Positions 9,948 through 18,913 of a DNA stretch of 64,000 nucleotides are shown piece by piece; within the stretch, counting starts at the first letter, position 1; each line of letters begins with the position of its first letter. The stretch comes from Hyphomicrobiales bacterium. GTDB taxonomy: Bacteria > Pseudomonadota > Alphaproteobacteria > Rhizobiales > JACESI01. The position numbers were made by a program, and so were the translations under genes. Location: the NCBI GenBank assembly GCA_039964305.1, contig JBDVXS010000142.1:89666-153665 (forward strand). The letters run 5' to 3'. The notes below the pieces were generated by a model that made no database searches, was not told where the DNA came from, and was given only the letters and a program-made list of their open reading frames with translations.

Positions 9948-10831
9948 TAGGCGAGAAACTGCTTGGTTTCAATTTTATTCAATAGGGCCTGCGTGCTTAC
10001 ATGGAGTGAGGCGCCTGTGGTGTCCACAACAGTGCTCGCTTTTTGATAAAGCGCTTCTCGACTGGTCAAGATTTGCCGAAGCTGTTCGAAGGCTTGCGGG
10101 TTGCCGGCCATCGGGCGTTCATCACCTTGGGCGAGCACGCGGTCCATATGTTCTTCAGGCGCTGCCTTGATCCATATGGTGTGATAGTGGCGCAGGAGAT
10201 AATTGAAGGTTTCTGGCTCTGACACAATGCCCCCTGCGACAGCGAGAATGATCTGTTCTTGTGTCGTGGCAATGTGTTCAATTGCTTGGCGTTCGAGCAG
10301 TCGGTAGCCTTCTTGTCCGTATAGCTCGATTGTTTCATTGACCGACATCCCATTGGAGCGTTCAATCTCGTCGTTTAGTTCCATAAAGGGTGTTTGCAGA
10401 TGAGTGCCTGCAATGGCGCCAAGGGTGGATTTTCCCGCGCCACGCAAGCCAATGAGAGCAATCCGTCTACCTCTTAGTTGCAGCGCTTTTTCAGGATCAA
10501 GGATGGCAAGAACCTGTTGCTTGGTCGCTTCATCGGCGCTTTTGAAAAGGGCAATCGCATGGTCATCATCATCGAAGCTGTCATGGTTGATGATAAAGCT
10601 TTCAATTGGTTCACCAAGGCCCACCGCAACTTTTAACAACAAGGCGATTGAGATATTGCCTGATCCAAGTTCCAGCTGCGCGAGATAGCGCTGGGAAATG
10701 CCAGAGCGTTCCGACAAAATGCGCCTTGAGATGCCGCGCATTTTTCGCACACGCCGCACCCGTGCGCCCACTTCGGCGATGAATTCACTGGTGTTGATTT
10801 CAGGCTGATGAGTTTCAGGTTTATCTAGCAA
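9947..10831 (-). CDS. boxR: BoxR/BzdR-type transcriptional regulator (XRE HTH fused to a shikimate-kinase-like domain)
   Basis: 294 aa. The N-terminal HTH is ERSGISQRYLAQLELGSGNIS and the C-terminal P-loop is GLRGAGKST with a shikimate-kinase-like fold. Apparent TTG start overlaps the thioesterase stop by 7 nt. Confidence 0.8.
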   Translation of the reverse strand: MLDKPETHQPEINTSEFIAEVGARVRRVRKMRGISRRILSERSGISQRYLAQLELGSGNISIALLLKVAVGLGEPIESFIINHDSFDDDDHAIALFKSADEATKQQVLAILDPEKALQLRGRRIALIGLRGAGKSTLGAIAGTHLQTPFMELNDEIERSNGMSVNETIELYGQEGYRLLERQAIEHIATTQEQIILAVAGGIVSEPETFNYLLRHYHTIWIKAAPEEHMDRVLAQGDERPMAGNPQAFEQLRQILTSREALYQKASTVVDTTGASLHVSTQALLNKIETKQFLA

Positions 10832-11262
10832 GTAACATTCTCCTGATTTTCAAGAAGAGGGCGAATGATTGCTTCGACATGTTCAGGCGCTGCTATTTTT
10901 TGCATAGAAGGGGCTTTGACAAAAACGCAGACGAAGTTGCCTTCAAAACAAAGCGTTTCATCTTGATAGCCCATAACGTTGAAGCCAACTGATGTGGTGC
11001 CGAGTTTGTTTGGATTGACCACGCATGTCAGCCGATGATCGGGGGTGATGGGCTTGCGAAAATCGATGCTTAGATGGACGAACGGTGTGCCAAACCCTAA
11101 GTCTCGGTTTATCTGATACCAGCCATGACCAAGGTGATGCTCCCACCAAACGTCAATTGCCTCAAGCGCAAAATCGGGTATCCGCCCCGTATAGGCAATA
11201 TTGGCAGGGTCGCAGTCGCTCCACCCAACACGTATTTCATGATGAAAACCCGATGCGATCAT
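10825..11262 (-). CDS. 4HBT/YbgC-like acyl-CoA thioesterase
   Basis: Hotdog-fold-like sequence starting MIASGFHHEIRVGWSDCDPANIAY. I chose the internal ATG at 11262, just after the flavodoxin stop at 11271. Confidence 0.72.
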   Translation of the reverse strand: MIASGFHHEIRVGWSDCDPANIAYTGRIPDFALEAIDVWWEHHLGHGWYQINRDLGFGTPFVHLSIDFRKPITPDHRLTCVVNPNKLGTTSVGFNVMGYQDETLCFEGNFVCVFVKAPSMQKIAAPEHVEAIIRPLLENQENVTC

Positions 11263-11270
11263 AACGAACC

Positions 11271-11729
11271 CTAAGCCGCGATGGCGGAAAGTTGAGGGAT
11301 GATGGTTTGCAACCACGGAAGGCCAATATCTTCTGGCAGTTCGCCTGTAGACGTATCGTAAATACCGCGTTCGCCAATCATAGTGGCTTTGTTTTCAATC
11401 AACGCTGACATGAGCCGTTCGGACCCTTGATTGAACGTTGCATCAAACACCATGTCGCCAAGACCGAAAACAGCAAATTGAATGCCGCTCAAATCAGGCT
11501 TTTCTTCCACCAAGCGGTCATAAAAAGAAACCGCTGTAGAAGGCAGGTCTCCGCTGCCGTAGCTTGAGGCAACGAAAATATAAAAGCTCTCGCGGTCGAG
11601 ACTGGTTGGGTCAACATCACCCATATTCTGGATGGTGCACTCGTAACCGTCTCCCAATTCGCCCTCAAAATCGTCACAAAGCATTTCTGCGTTGCCAGTT
11701 TCTGTTGCGTATAAAAGTTCGATCTTCAT
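11271..11729 (-). CDS. flavodoxin-like FMN protein
   Basis: 152 aa with the N-terminal FMN phosphate loop YATETGNAE and an acidic composition. Confidence 0.8.
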   Translation of the reverse strand: MKIELLYATETGNAEMLCDDFEGELGDGYECTIQNMGDVDPTSLDRESFYIFVASSYGSGDLPSTAVSFYDRLVEEKPDLSGIQFAVFGLGDMVFDATFNQGSERLMSALIENKATMIGERGIYDTSTGELPEDIGLPWLQTIIPQLSAIAA

Positions 11730-11758
11730 AAAAATACCTTTGTTCTAACGGGCAGGCC

Positions 11759-13210
11759 TTACGCCATGTGCAGCTTCACATATTCAAAGTCACCAGGCTT
11801 ATTGTCGATGCCAACCCGTGGCGGTGCAATCCATGAGGCGTATTTGCCCGGCTCATAGCACGGCACCATGAGTGATTGAATAAACGCGCCATCCTCTTTC
11901 GTCGGTAGCCAATTGTCTTGGCTCTCATTCCAACTTTCATTGGAAATAATATCACCCTCAGGGTTCGCTTTAATCGCAGAGAAGACACCAATTTGGCGAT
12001 GGAATGCTTCATGGGGGAGGGTCAGTTCAAACTCAATGCCCATTTTCGCCATCTGCTTGTTCCAACGGCGAAGGCCGCCAGATGCATCGCGAATATAATC
12101 GTCGCGCAATCTCATGTTAATCGCGGTGAGAGCGGGCGCGTCATTTTCAACGATTTTGCCATCTTCAACCGTGCGCACTTTGTAGGTGTCATTGTTGAGC
12201 TTGTGATCGTCTTCAATGCGGCCTTCAAGATAGCGACCTTTAATGCCTGCGTTAAACGCATTGGCTGCATTGGTTGAAACCTCTTGCCCGAACAGGTCAA
12301 GCGACAGCGAATAGTGCATGTTCAGCTTTTTCTGGATTGTCGGCAGATCAATCACATTGAGGTCGCGGATTTTATTGATGTCGTAAGGATCGGTGATGCC
12401 CGCGTTCTTCATGGCTTCACAGGTTGCTTGTATGACGCGGCCAACACCTGTTTCGCCAACAAACATGTGGTGCGCTTCTTCTGTCAGCATAAAGCGGCAG
12501 GTGCGAGACAGCGGATCGAAACCAGATTGCGCAAGGCTTTCAAGTTGCATCTTGCCATCACGGTCAGTGAAGTACGTGAACATGAAGAAAGAGAGCCAGT
12601 CTGGTGTTTCTTCATTGAAGGCACCCAGCATGCGCGGCGCTTCTTCTGAACCAGAAGAGCGCAGCAACAAATCATCTGCCTCTTCGCGGCCTTGCTTGCC
12701 GAAATATTTTTGCAGCAAATAGACCATCGCCCAAAGGTGGCGACCTTCTTCAACATTCACTTGAAACAGATTGCGCATGTCATAAAGGGAAGGGGCTGTG
12801 AGGCCGAGGAAACGTTGTTGCTCAACGGAACCCGGTTCAGTGTCGCCTTGAATGACGATGAGGCGTTGCAGCATAGCGCGGTATTCACCGGGCACTTCTT
12901 GCCAAGCTGGTTCGCCGTAACTTTCGCCAAACGGAATTTTGCGGTCTTCGCCTGCTGGTGCCAGCAAAACGCCCCAGCGGTATTCTGGCATTTTCACATA
13001 ATCAAACTTCGCCCAACCCTTTGGATCAACACTTACGGCAGTGCGCAGGTAGACCATGGATTCTTGGAAGTTTTCAGGAATGAGTTTATTCCACCAATCA
13101 ATATAGCCGGGGTGCCAACGCTCCAGCGCTTTCAAGACTTTCTTATCGCTTGAAAGGTTCACATTGTTAGGAATGAGTGAATCGTAATCTACATTGATGA
13201 GATCAAGCAT
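11759..13210 (-). CDS. boxB: benzoyl-CoA 2,3-epoxidase, di-iron oxygenase subunit BoxB
   Basis: 483 aa. It shows long-range identity to my recollection of Azoarcus BoxB (IPNNVNL, YLRTAVSVDPKGWA, NVEEGRHLWAMVYLL, MLTEEAHHMFVGE). Confidence 0.92.
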   Translation of the reverse strand: MLDLINVDYDSLIPNNVNLSSDKKVLKALERWHPGYIDWWNKLIPENFQESMVYLRTAVSVDPKGWAKFDYVKMPEYRWGVLLAPAGEDRKIPFGESYGEPAWQEVPGEYRAMLQRLIVIQGDTEPGSVEQQRFLGLTAPSLYDMRNLFQVNVEEGRHLWAMVYLLQKYFGKQGREEADDLLLRSSGSEEAPRMLGAFNEETPDWLSFFMFTYFTDRDGKMQLESLAQSGFDPLSRTCRFMLTEEAHHMFVGETGVGRVIQATCEAMKNAGITDPYDINKIRDLNVIDLPTIQKKLNMHYSLSLDLFGQEVSTNAANAFNAGIKGRYLEGRIEDDHKLNNDTYKVRTVEDGKIVENDAPALTAINMRLRDDYIRDASGGLRRWNKQMAKMGIEFELTLPHEAFHRQIGVFSAIKANPEGDIISNESWNESQDNWLPTKEDGAFIQSLMVPCYEPGKYASWIAPPRVGIDNKPGDFEYVKLHMA

Positions 13211-13219
13211 GGTCTTTCC

Positions 13220-13573
13220 TTAGATTTTGATTTTGTTTGCAGCAGTGGCGTCATCGCCTGTATTCGGTGTGCCTGCCGGTTCGATAAGCAAAACATGTGC
13301 TTCTTCATCTGCAACGGGTCTATGTTCAACCCCCTTAGGCACGACATAGATTTCGCCAGGATTAAGGGTGACCGTTTCATCCCTCATTTCAAGGCGAATT
13401 TGACCTTTGATGACTTGAAAGAAGTCATCGGTATCGGGGTGGCTGTGCCAAACAAACTCACCTTTAATTTTCACAACCATGAGATCATGACCATTGAAAG
13501 AGCCGACAATTTTAGGCGCCCAATGGTCATCAAACTTGGAAAGTTTATCGTTGAGGTTAATTGCGTTCGTCAT
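13220..13573 (-). CDS. cupin domain protein
   Basis: 117 aa from the internal start MTNAINLND. It has a cupin motif (GEFVWHSHPDTDDFF ... VVPKGVEHRP). Its start overlaps the boxC stop (TGATG). Confidence 0.75.
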   Translation of the reverse strand: MTNAINLNDKLSKFDDHWAPKIVGSFNGHDLMVVKIKGEFVWHSHPDTDDFFQVIKGQIRLEMRDETVTLNPGEIYVVPKGVEHRPVADEEAHVLLIEPAGTPNTGDDATAANKIKI

Positions 13574-15234
13574 CACACTCTCTCCATGTCGAACTTGGCG
13601 CGGGTGCCAGAGCCGTATTTTTGTAAAGCGCCGTCTTGGCCAACAGCATTGGGGCGTTGGAAGACCCAGTTTTGCCAAGCGGTAAGTCGCCCGAAGATGC
13701 GGCTTTCCATTGTCTCAGGTCCAACAAAGCGCAAGTTTGCTTCCATGGCGGTTAGGCCATCGGGTGAGAAGCTGCCGCGCTCTTCTAAGAACAGGCGAAC
13801 TTCATCATCCCAATCAATATCGTCAAAGGCGAAAGTGACCAGACCCAGCTCGTTAGCGTCAAAGGCTTCAAGCGAATTGCCAAGCTCTTCCTTCGCGCCA
13901 TCCACCATTTCTGGTGTGCCGTAAAAGCGGGCTTCTAAACGGGAAATATCATTGCCCATTGGCATCATGCCGAAATTGCTTTGGGTTAAAGTGAGGGTGG
14001 CGACGGGGCGGTTGTCGCCGTCGAAGTCGCCTTCCATCATGTACGAGCGGTCACAAGCAAAGGCGAGTTCTGCCAAAATGCCAACAAAGCAGGAGCCGTT
14101 TTCAATCATTGCAACGAGTGAGCGCGAGGTCACGTCGATGCGTTTTAACAGGCGCTTCCAGTAGTTGAGAATTTCATTGGCAAGCCAGTGGTCTTTGTTC
14201 TCAATTAAAAACGCTTCGTGGTTTTTCAATGTTTCAGGGTCGCCTTGGGTTTTGAAGGCAATCAACCCGACGTCAAGTTCGTTAAGGCGCAAATGTAAAA
14301 TGGCATCATCAAGCTCACGCGCGGCAGCCAGCATCCATGTGTCCGCACCGTCTGCCTGCAAAGCATCGGTTGAAGATGGGGCGGCGGTATCTGGGCCGCT
14401 GATGGTGATGGTCGCCATGTTGAGCGAGCGGTCAATCGCCACTTCAACCGTGCTGTAAGTCAGCGAACCATCATCTGCGATTGTGCGTTGGAGCGGTGTT
14501 AGCGCAATGCCTGTTAGATCGCTCGGGCGGGGCGATTTCTCGGCAAATTCCTTGGCGCGTTCAATCACAGTTTCATCAAAGGCTGAGTTTTTTACGGCCT
14601 CATCAACAAGGTTCCATTCTTTGGCTTTCTTGCCCTTTATGCCTTCTTCAACCGTACAGAAAACATCGGCCAAATCGCGGCGCACCTTGCGTTTGTCTGT
14701 CACGCGGGTAAGGCCGCCTGTGCCAGGCAATACTGCGAGTAAAGGAAGTTCAGGGAGAGAGACACTCGACGTGCTGTCGTCAGTTAGCATGATGTAATCG
14801 CAGGCAAGCGCCAACTCATAGCCGCCACCGGCGCAAGAGCCTTTAATGGCGCAAATCCATGTTTGGTCCGAGTCTGTGCTCGCTGCTTCATAAGTATTGC
14901 GGGTTTCATTGGTGAACTTACAAAAATTCACTTTGTGCGCATGGGTTGCACCGCCCAACATTCTAATATTAGCGCCTGCACAAAACACTTTGTCTTTGCC
15001 AGATTGCATGACGACGGATTTTACTTCTGGATGCTCAAACCGCATACGCTGAATAATGTCTGAAAGCTCAATATCGACGCCCAAATCATAGGAGTTGAGT
15101 TTTAACTCGTAACCATCAAACAAGCCGCCATTCTCATCCACGTCCATCGTGACAAAAGCAACAGGTCCATCATATTGAACGCGCCAATGCTTATAGTTTG
15201 ATGGGTCGGTTTGAAAATCAATCCGCTTGCTCAT
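13573..15234 (-). CDS. boxC: 2,3-epoxybenzoyl-CoA dihydrolase BoxC (crotonase superfamily)
   Basis: 553 aa with an enoyl-CoA hydratase-like N-terminal half (VFCAGANIRML, CAGGGYELALACD). The size and the boxB neighbourhood match BoxC. Confidence 0.88.
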   Translation of the reverse strand: MSKRIDFQTDPSNYKHWRVQYDGPVAFVTMDVDENGGLFDGYELKLNSYDLGVDIELSDIIQRMRFEHPEVKSVVMQSGKDKVFCAGANIRMLGGATHAHKVNFCKFTNETRNTYEAASTDSDQTWICAIKGSCAGGGYELALACDYIMLTDDSTSSVSLPELPLLAVLPGTGGLTRVTDKRKVRRDLADVFCTVEEGIKGKKAKEWNLVDEAVKNSAFDETVIERAKEFAEKSPRPSDLTGIALTPLQRTIADDGSLTYSTVEVAIDRSLNMATITISGPDTAAPSSTDALQADGADTWMLAAARELDDAILHLRLNELDVGLIAFKTQGDPETLKNHEAFLIENKDHWLANEILNYWKRLLKRIDVTSRSLVAMIENGSCFVGILAELAFACDRSYMMEGDFDGDNRPVATLTLTQSNFGMMPMGNDISRLEARFYGTPEMVDGAKEELGNSLEAFDANELGLVTFAFDDIDWDDEVRLFLEERGSFSPDGLTAMEANLRFVGPETMESRIFGRLTAWQNWVFQRPNAVGQDGALQKYGSGTRAKFDMERV

Positions 15235-15271
15235 GCTCTCGCCTCCTAAAAGTCCACATAGAGCACTTTAA

Positions 15272-15371
15272 TGCAAAGCCTAGCAATAAAAAGCATGAAA
15301 ATGCATAAATAATAGAAATTTCTATAGAAAATAAAAACAATAATGCATTATTATAACTTATATTGCATAAA
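15272..15371. promoter_or_regulatory. AT-rich boxC promoter region with four TGCA-core motifs and a 14-bp palindrome (candidate BoxR operator)
   Basis: TGCA cores start at 15272, 15302, 15344 and 15364 (ATGCATAAAT, AATGCATTAT, ATTGCATAAA). The perfect palindrome ATAGAAATTTCTAT lies at 15313..15326. Confidence 0.45.
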
Positions 15372-15382
15372 TTATCCGATTG

Positions 15383-16216
15383 CTAGGTTTTTGCGTTGCT
15401 CGTGGAGACAGTTTCTCGTTCCAAGCGGTCTAGCCGTTTGCAAAACTCAGAAATGACGCTCAGCGTCTCATCGGGTTTTTCGATATGCGGGGAGTGTTTG
15501 CAATTCTCCAATACTGCGCAATCAAAGGGTGAATAAAGCCGCGTTTCTAGCTCGTCTATTTGGGCAAGCGTGCCATATTCATCATCGCGGCCTTGAATGC
15601 CGAGCACTGGAATTCTGAGATAGTCGATGTTCTCAGCAATGTTCCATTCTTTAAAGCCATCATCCAACCAAGCGCCATTCCAGCCATAAAAGGCGTCGTC
15701 TACATGGTTGTGATATTTGGCAAGTTTGGGTTTGAGGTCGCTGGTTTCATAAGCGGCTTTCGCAGCTTTAATGGCGGCAAGGCCGACAGGCTCTGTGAAG
15801 AAGTGTGGGGCCATCAAGACCAAACCGCGTATGCGTAAATCTTCCGTGCTGCCTGCATAAATTGTTGCAATGGATGCACCATCACTATGACCAAGCAGAA
15901 TGCCCCGCTGAAAACCGATTTTCTCAAGCACTAATGGTAAAACATCGAGTGCCTCACGGGTCATATAATCGAGTGGCTTTGGCGGGGGACTCTCATTTGA
16001 GGCGCCATAGCCAGCACGTGAATAAGCAACCACCCCAAAACCAGTGGCCTTTGCAAGCTGCGCTGGAAAGTCACGCCACAAGGCGACGCAGCCGAGCCCT
16101 TCGTGCAGCATGATGATTGTTGGTGCCTCACTTGGTGGTGGGCCAAAGCACTGGGCTTCCAGCTTGGTGCTGCCAACTTTTATGTGCTGCGGTTCTGGGT
16201 TGTTCCAATCCATCAT
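15383..16216 (-). CDS. alpha/beta hydrolase
   Basis: 277 aa with the HEGLG oxyanion region and the nucleophile elbow GHSDG. It starts 9 nt downstream of the benzoate-CoA ligase gene. Confidence 0.78.
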   Translation of the reverse strand: MMDWNNPEPQHIKVGSTKLEAQCFGPPPSEAPTIIMLHEGLGCVALWRDFPAQLAKATGFGVVAYSRAGYGASNESPPPKPLDYMTREALDVLPLVLEKIGFQRGILLGHSDGASIATIYAGSTEDLRIRGLVLMAPHFFTEPVGLAAIKAAKAAYETSDLKPKLAKYHNHVDDAFYGWNGAWLDDGFKEWNIAENIDYLRIPVLGIQGRDDEYGTLAQIDELETRLYSPFDCAVLENCKHSPHIEKPDETLSVISEFCKRLDRLERETVSTSNAKT

Positions 16217-16225
16217 GTGTTCACT

Positions 16226-17767
16226 TTATCCGCGAAGTTTGAAGCGTTGAATTTTACCTGTCGCAGTCTTCGGCAGGTCGGGCACGATTTCCACCCAGCG
16301 CGGGTATTTCCATTTGCCGATGGCTTGTTTGACGTGCTCTTTCAGTTCGTCCGCCAGCCCCTCTGCATTTGCGCCTTCTTGTAAGACAACGAATGCTTTT
16401 GGTTTTTCCAAACCGTCGGCATCTTGAGCGGCAACAACGGCGGCTTCAAGAACGCTGGCATGGGCGCTCACCGCTTGTTCGACTTCGAAGGGGGAGACCC
16501 AAATGCCGCTTACCTTGAACATGTCATCGGTACGCCCGCAATAAACATAACGGCCATCATCGCGGCGCTCATATTTGTCGCCCGTGCGTGTCCAGTTTCC
16601 TTCAAAGGTTGCACGGGATTTTTCGCGTTGGTTCCAATAGCCGTCAGCAGCAGAGGCCCCATTGACCAGAAGCTCGCCAACCTCGCCGTTTGCCACTTCG
16701 TCTCCTTGTTCATTGACCAGACGAAGCTCATAACCTGCCACCGCGACCCCAGACGTGCCGTAAACAACATCGTCTGGTGCGTTGGACAAAAAGATATGCA
16801 GCATCTCGGTTGAGCCAACACCATCCAGAATATCGACGCCTGTTCGTTGATGCCATTTCTTTCCTATTTCGGCAGGCAGTGCTTCGCCTGCTGAAATGGC
16901 ACAACGCAAATTCTCAAGGCCGTCAGTCTTATCTCCCATCTGCGCAATAAGAGCGGCATAAAGCGTCGGCACCCCGCAATAAAGCGTTGGCTTGGCCTTG
17001 GCGATGGTTGCAAACACACTGTCAGGCGTGGGCCGTTGGGCAAGCAACCAAGCGGTCGCGCCGACCGACATGGGAAAGGTCATGCCATTGCCCAAACCGT
17101 AAGCGAAAAACAATTTGGCAGCAGAATAAACAACATCATCCTCACGCATTTTCAGGATGTTGTTTGAATAAGTATCCACGGTTGCCTTAAGCGCGCTGTG
17201 CACATGTTGCACGCCTTTTGGTTGCCCTGTGGAGCCGGACGAATAAAGCCAAAACGCACATTCATCACTGCTGACTTCAATGGTGGGGCGTATATCGCTT
17301 TTTTCAAGCTCGCTCGTGAAGTCATGGCAGCCGTTTGGTGTGTCATCGCCGATAACAAAAACGGCTTTCAGATAAGGGTTATCAGCAAGCAGCGGCGCAA
17401 CAGTTTCAAAAAGTGCTTTCGAGACAAAAAGCACGCGCGCGCGACTGTCATTTAAGATGATGCGATAAGTCTCGGTGGGCAAAAGCGTATTAATGGCTAT
17501 CGGCACCACGCCCGCTTTCATGCTGCCCCAAAAAATGATGGGGAATTCAATCTGGTCGAGCACCAACATCGCAGCGCGGTCTTCTTGTCCAAGGCCGTGA
17601 CGCTCATAAAGTGCTGCCATTTTGCCAGAAGCAGCACCAAGTTCGCCATAACTCAAACAACGCTCTGCGCCATCAGCTTCTTGGAATGCACATTTGTCAG
17701 GAATGGAATCAGCATGGCGATCCACAAACCAACAGGCCGCATTTTGGTTCAAAGCACTCACCATCAT
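16226..17767 (-). CDS. benzoate-CoA ligase (AMP-forming acyl-CoA synthetase)
   Basis: AMP-binding motif YSSGSTGQPKG and the C-terminal motif TATGKIQRFKLR. I chose the start at the MMVSALNQ pair preceded by GGAGGA. The track ORF extends to 17860. Confidence 0.85.
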   Translation of the reverse strand: MMVSALNQNAACWFVDRHADSIPDKCAFQEADGAERCLSYGELGAASGKMAALYERHGLGQEDRAAMLVLDQIEFPIIFWGSMKAGVVPIAINTLLPTETYRIILNDSRARVLFVSKALFETVAPLLADNPYLKAVFVIGDDTPNGCHDFTSELEKSDIRPTIEVSSDECAFWLYSSGSTGQPKGVQHVHSALKATVDTYSNNILKMREDDVVYSAAKLFFAYGLGNGMTFPMSVGATAWLLAQRPTPDSVFATIAKAKPTLYCGVPTLYAALIAQMGDKTDGLENLRCAISAGEALPAEIGKKWHQRTGVDILDGVGSTEMLHIFLSNAPDDVVYGTSGVAVAGYELRLVNEQGDEVANGEVGELLVNGASAADGYWNQREKSRATFEGNWTRTGDKYERRDDGRYVYCGRTDDMFKVSGIWVSPFEVEQAVSAHASVLEAAVVAAQDADGLEKPKAFVVLQEGANAEGLADELKEHVKQAIGKWKYPRWVEIVPDLPKTATGKIQRFKLRG

Positions 17768-17980
17768 TCCTCCCAGAAACGTCAGATATGGTTGTATCTG
17801 CTCAATTGAGCCACATCCCACGTAGTGATGCAAGATAACGTGATAGTAAAGTTCCTCCACGGTGAAAAATGATGAAAATTGGCCTATGTATATGAATTAT
17901 ATTGCTAATATTTCCGGTGAATGATGGTTTGTGAAGCTTGGAAATGGAAGAATTATAGGAAAATTAAGAAAATACTTTAA

Positions 17981-17990
17981 ATTGCATAAA
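17981..17990. promoter_or_regulatory. ATTGCATAAA motif in the ligase/mscS divergent promoter, identical to the 10-mer at 15362..15371
   Basis: Exact 10-nt match between the two box promoter regions. Confidence 0.35.
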
Positions 17991-18033
17991 ACAATCTATA
18001 TAAACCTATGAGTGTATCTAATTGGGGGGTCCT

Positions 18034-18852
18034 ATGGAAAGTAAAGTTTTAGAACAAACGAGTGCTGGTGCGAGTTGGCTAACAGCCAATGCAATGAATG
18101 TTCTTTTTGCCATTATTATTATTGTTGTGGCTTATTGGGTGGCTGGTTTCATCAAGCAGATGATTAAGAAAGTCGCCAATTCCAATGAGAAGCTTGACGA
18201 TACGTTATTTGAATTTCTAGGCAGTCTCGCTCGTTACGCGATATTGGCTTTCGCGGGCATCATGGTGCTTGAACGTTTCGGCATAACGACAACGTCGCTG
18301 GTCGCCCTCATCGGTGCAGCCGGTCTTGCTGTTGGTCTCGCCTTGCAAGGCACATTGTCAAACCTTGCCGCTGGTGTGATGTTGCTATTGTTCCGCCCGT
18401 TCAAAGTCGACGACTTCATTGATGGTGCGGATGTGTTTGGTAAGGTTAAAGGCATCACACTTTTCACAACCGATCTTGTGACGTTCGACAACCAGCACAT
18501 CATCGTTCCAAACAGCGAACTTTGGGGTACGAAGATTATCAACCACAGCCATTATCCAGAGCGTGGTGTCGATATGATCTTTTCCGTTTCCTACGATACA
18601 AAACTCGATAAGGCGAAGGCTGCCATTCAAAAAGTTTTTGATGCGCATGAGCATGTATTGAGTGAACCTGCTGCCTTCATCGAAGTGGACACACTGGGTG
18701 ATTCGTCAGTGAACATCATTTCTCGCCCGTTCTGTAAGGGTGAGCATTATTTCGATTTGAGATACTCGCTTCCCCAATTGGTGAAGCAAGAGTTTGACAA
18801 GCAGAAAATTAAAATACCATTCCCTCATCGGGTAATGATTATGGAAAAATAA
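18034..18852 (+). CDS. small-conductance mechanosensitive channel (MscS family)
   Basis: N-terminal TM helices followed by the MscS beta domain (PFKVDDFIDGADVFGKVKGITLFTT). I chose the ATG at 18034, which follows a G-rich SD. Confidence 0.85.
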   Translation: MESKVLEQTSAGASWLTANAMNVLFAIIIIVVAYWVAGFIKQMIKKVANSNEKLDDTLFEFLGSLARYAILAFAGIMVLERFGITTTSLVALIGAAGLAVGLALQGTLSNLAAGVMLLLFRPFKVDDFIDGADVFGKVKGITLFTTDLVTFDNQHIIVPNSELWGTKIINHSHYPERGVDMIFSVSYDTKLDKAKAAIQKVFDAHEHVLSEPAAFIEVDTLGDSSVNIISRPFCKGEHYFDLRYSLPQLVKQEFDKQKIKIPFPHRVMIMEK

Positions 18853-18881
18853 TCGTCAAATTATAAGTCTCAAAGTCAACT

Positions 18882-18913
18882 GGCGCAGATCCATCCTCTG
18901 CGCCGGTTTTTTT
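18882..18913 (+). terminator. intrinsic terminator after mscS
   Basis: GGCGCAGA-TCCATCC-TCTGCGCC hairpin followed by GGTTTTTTT. Confidence 0.8.
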
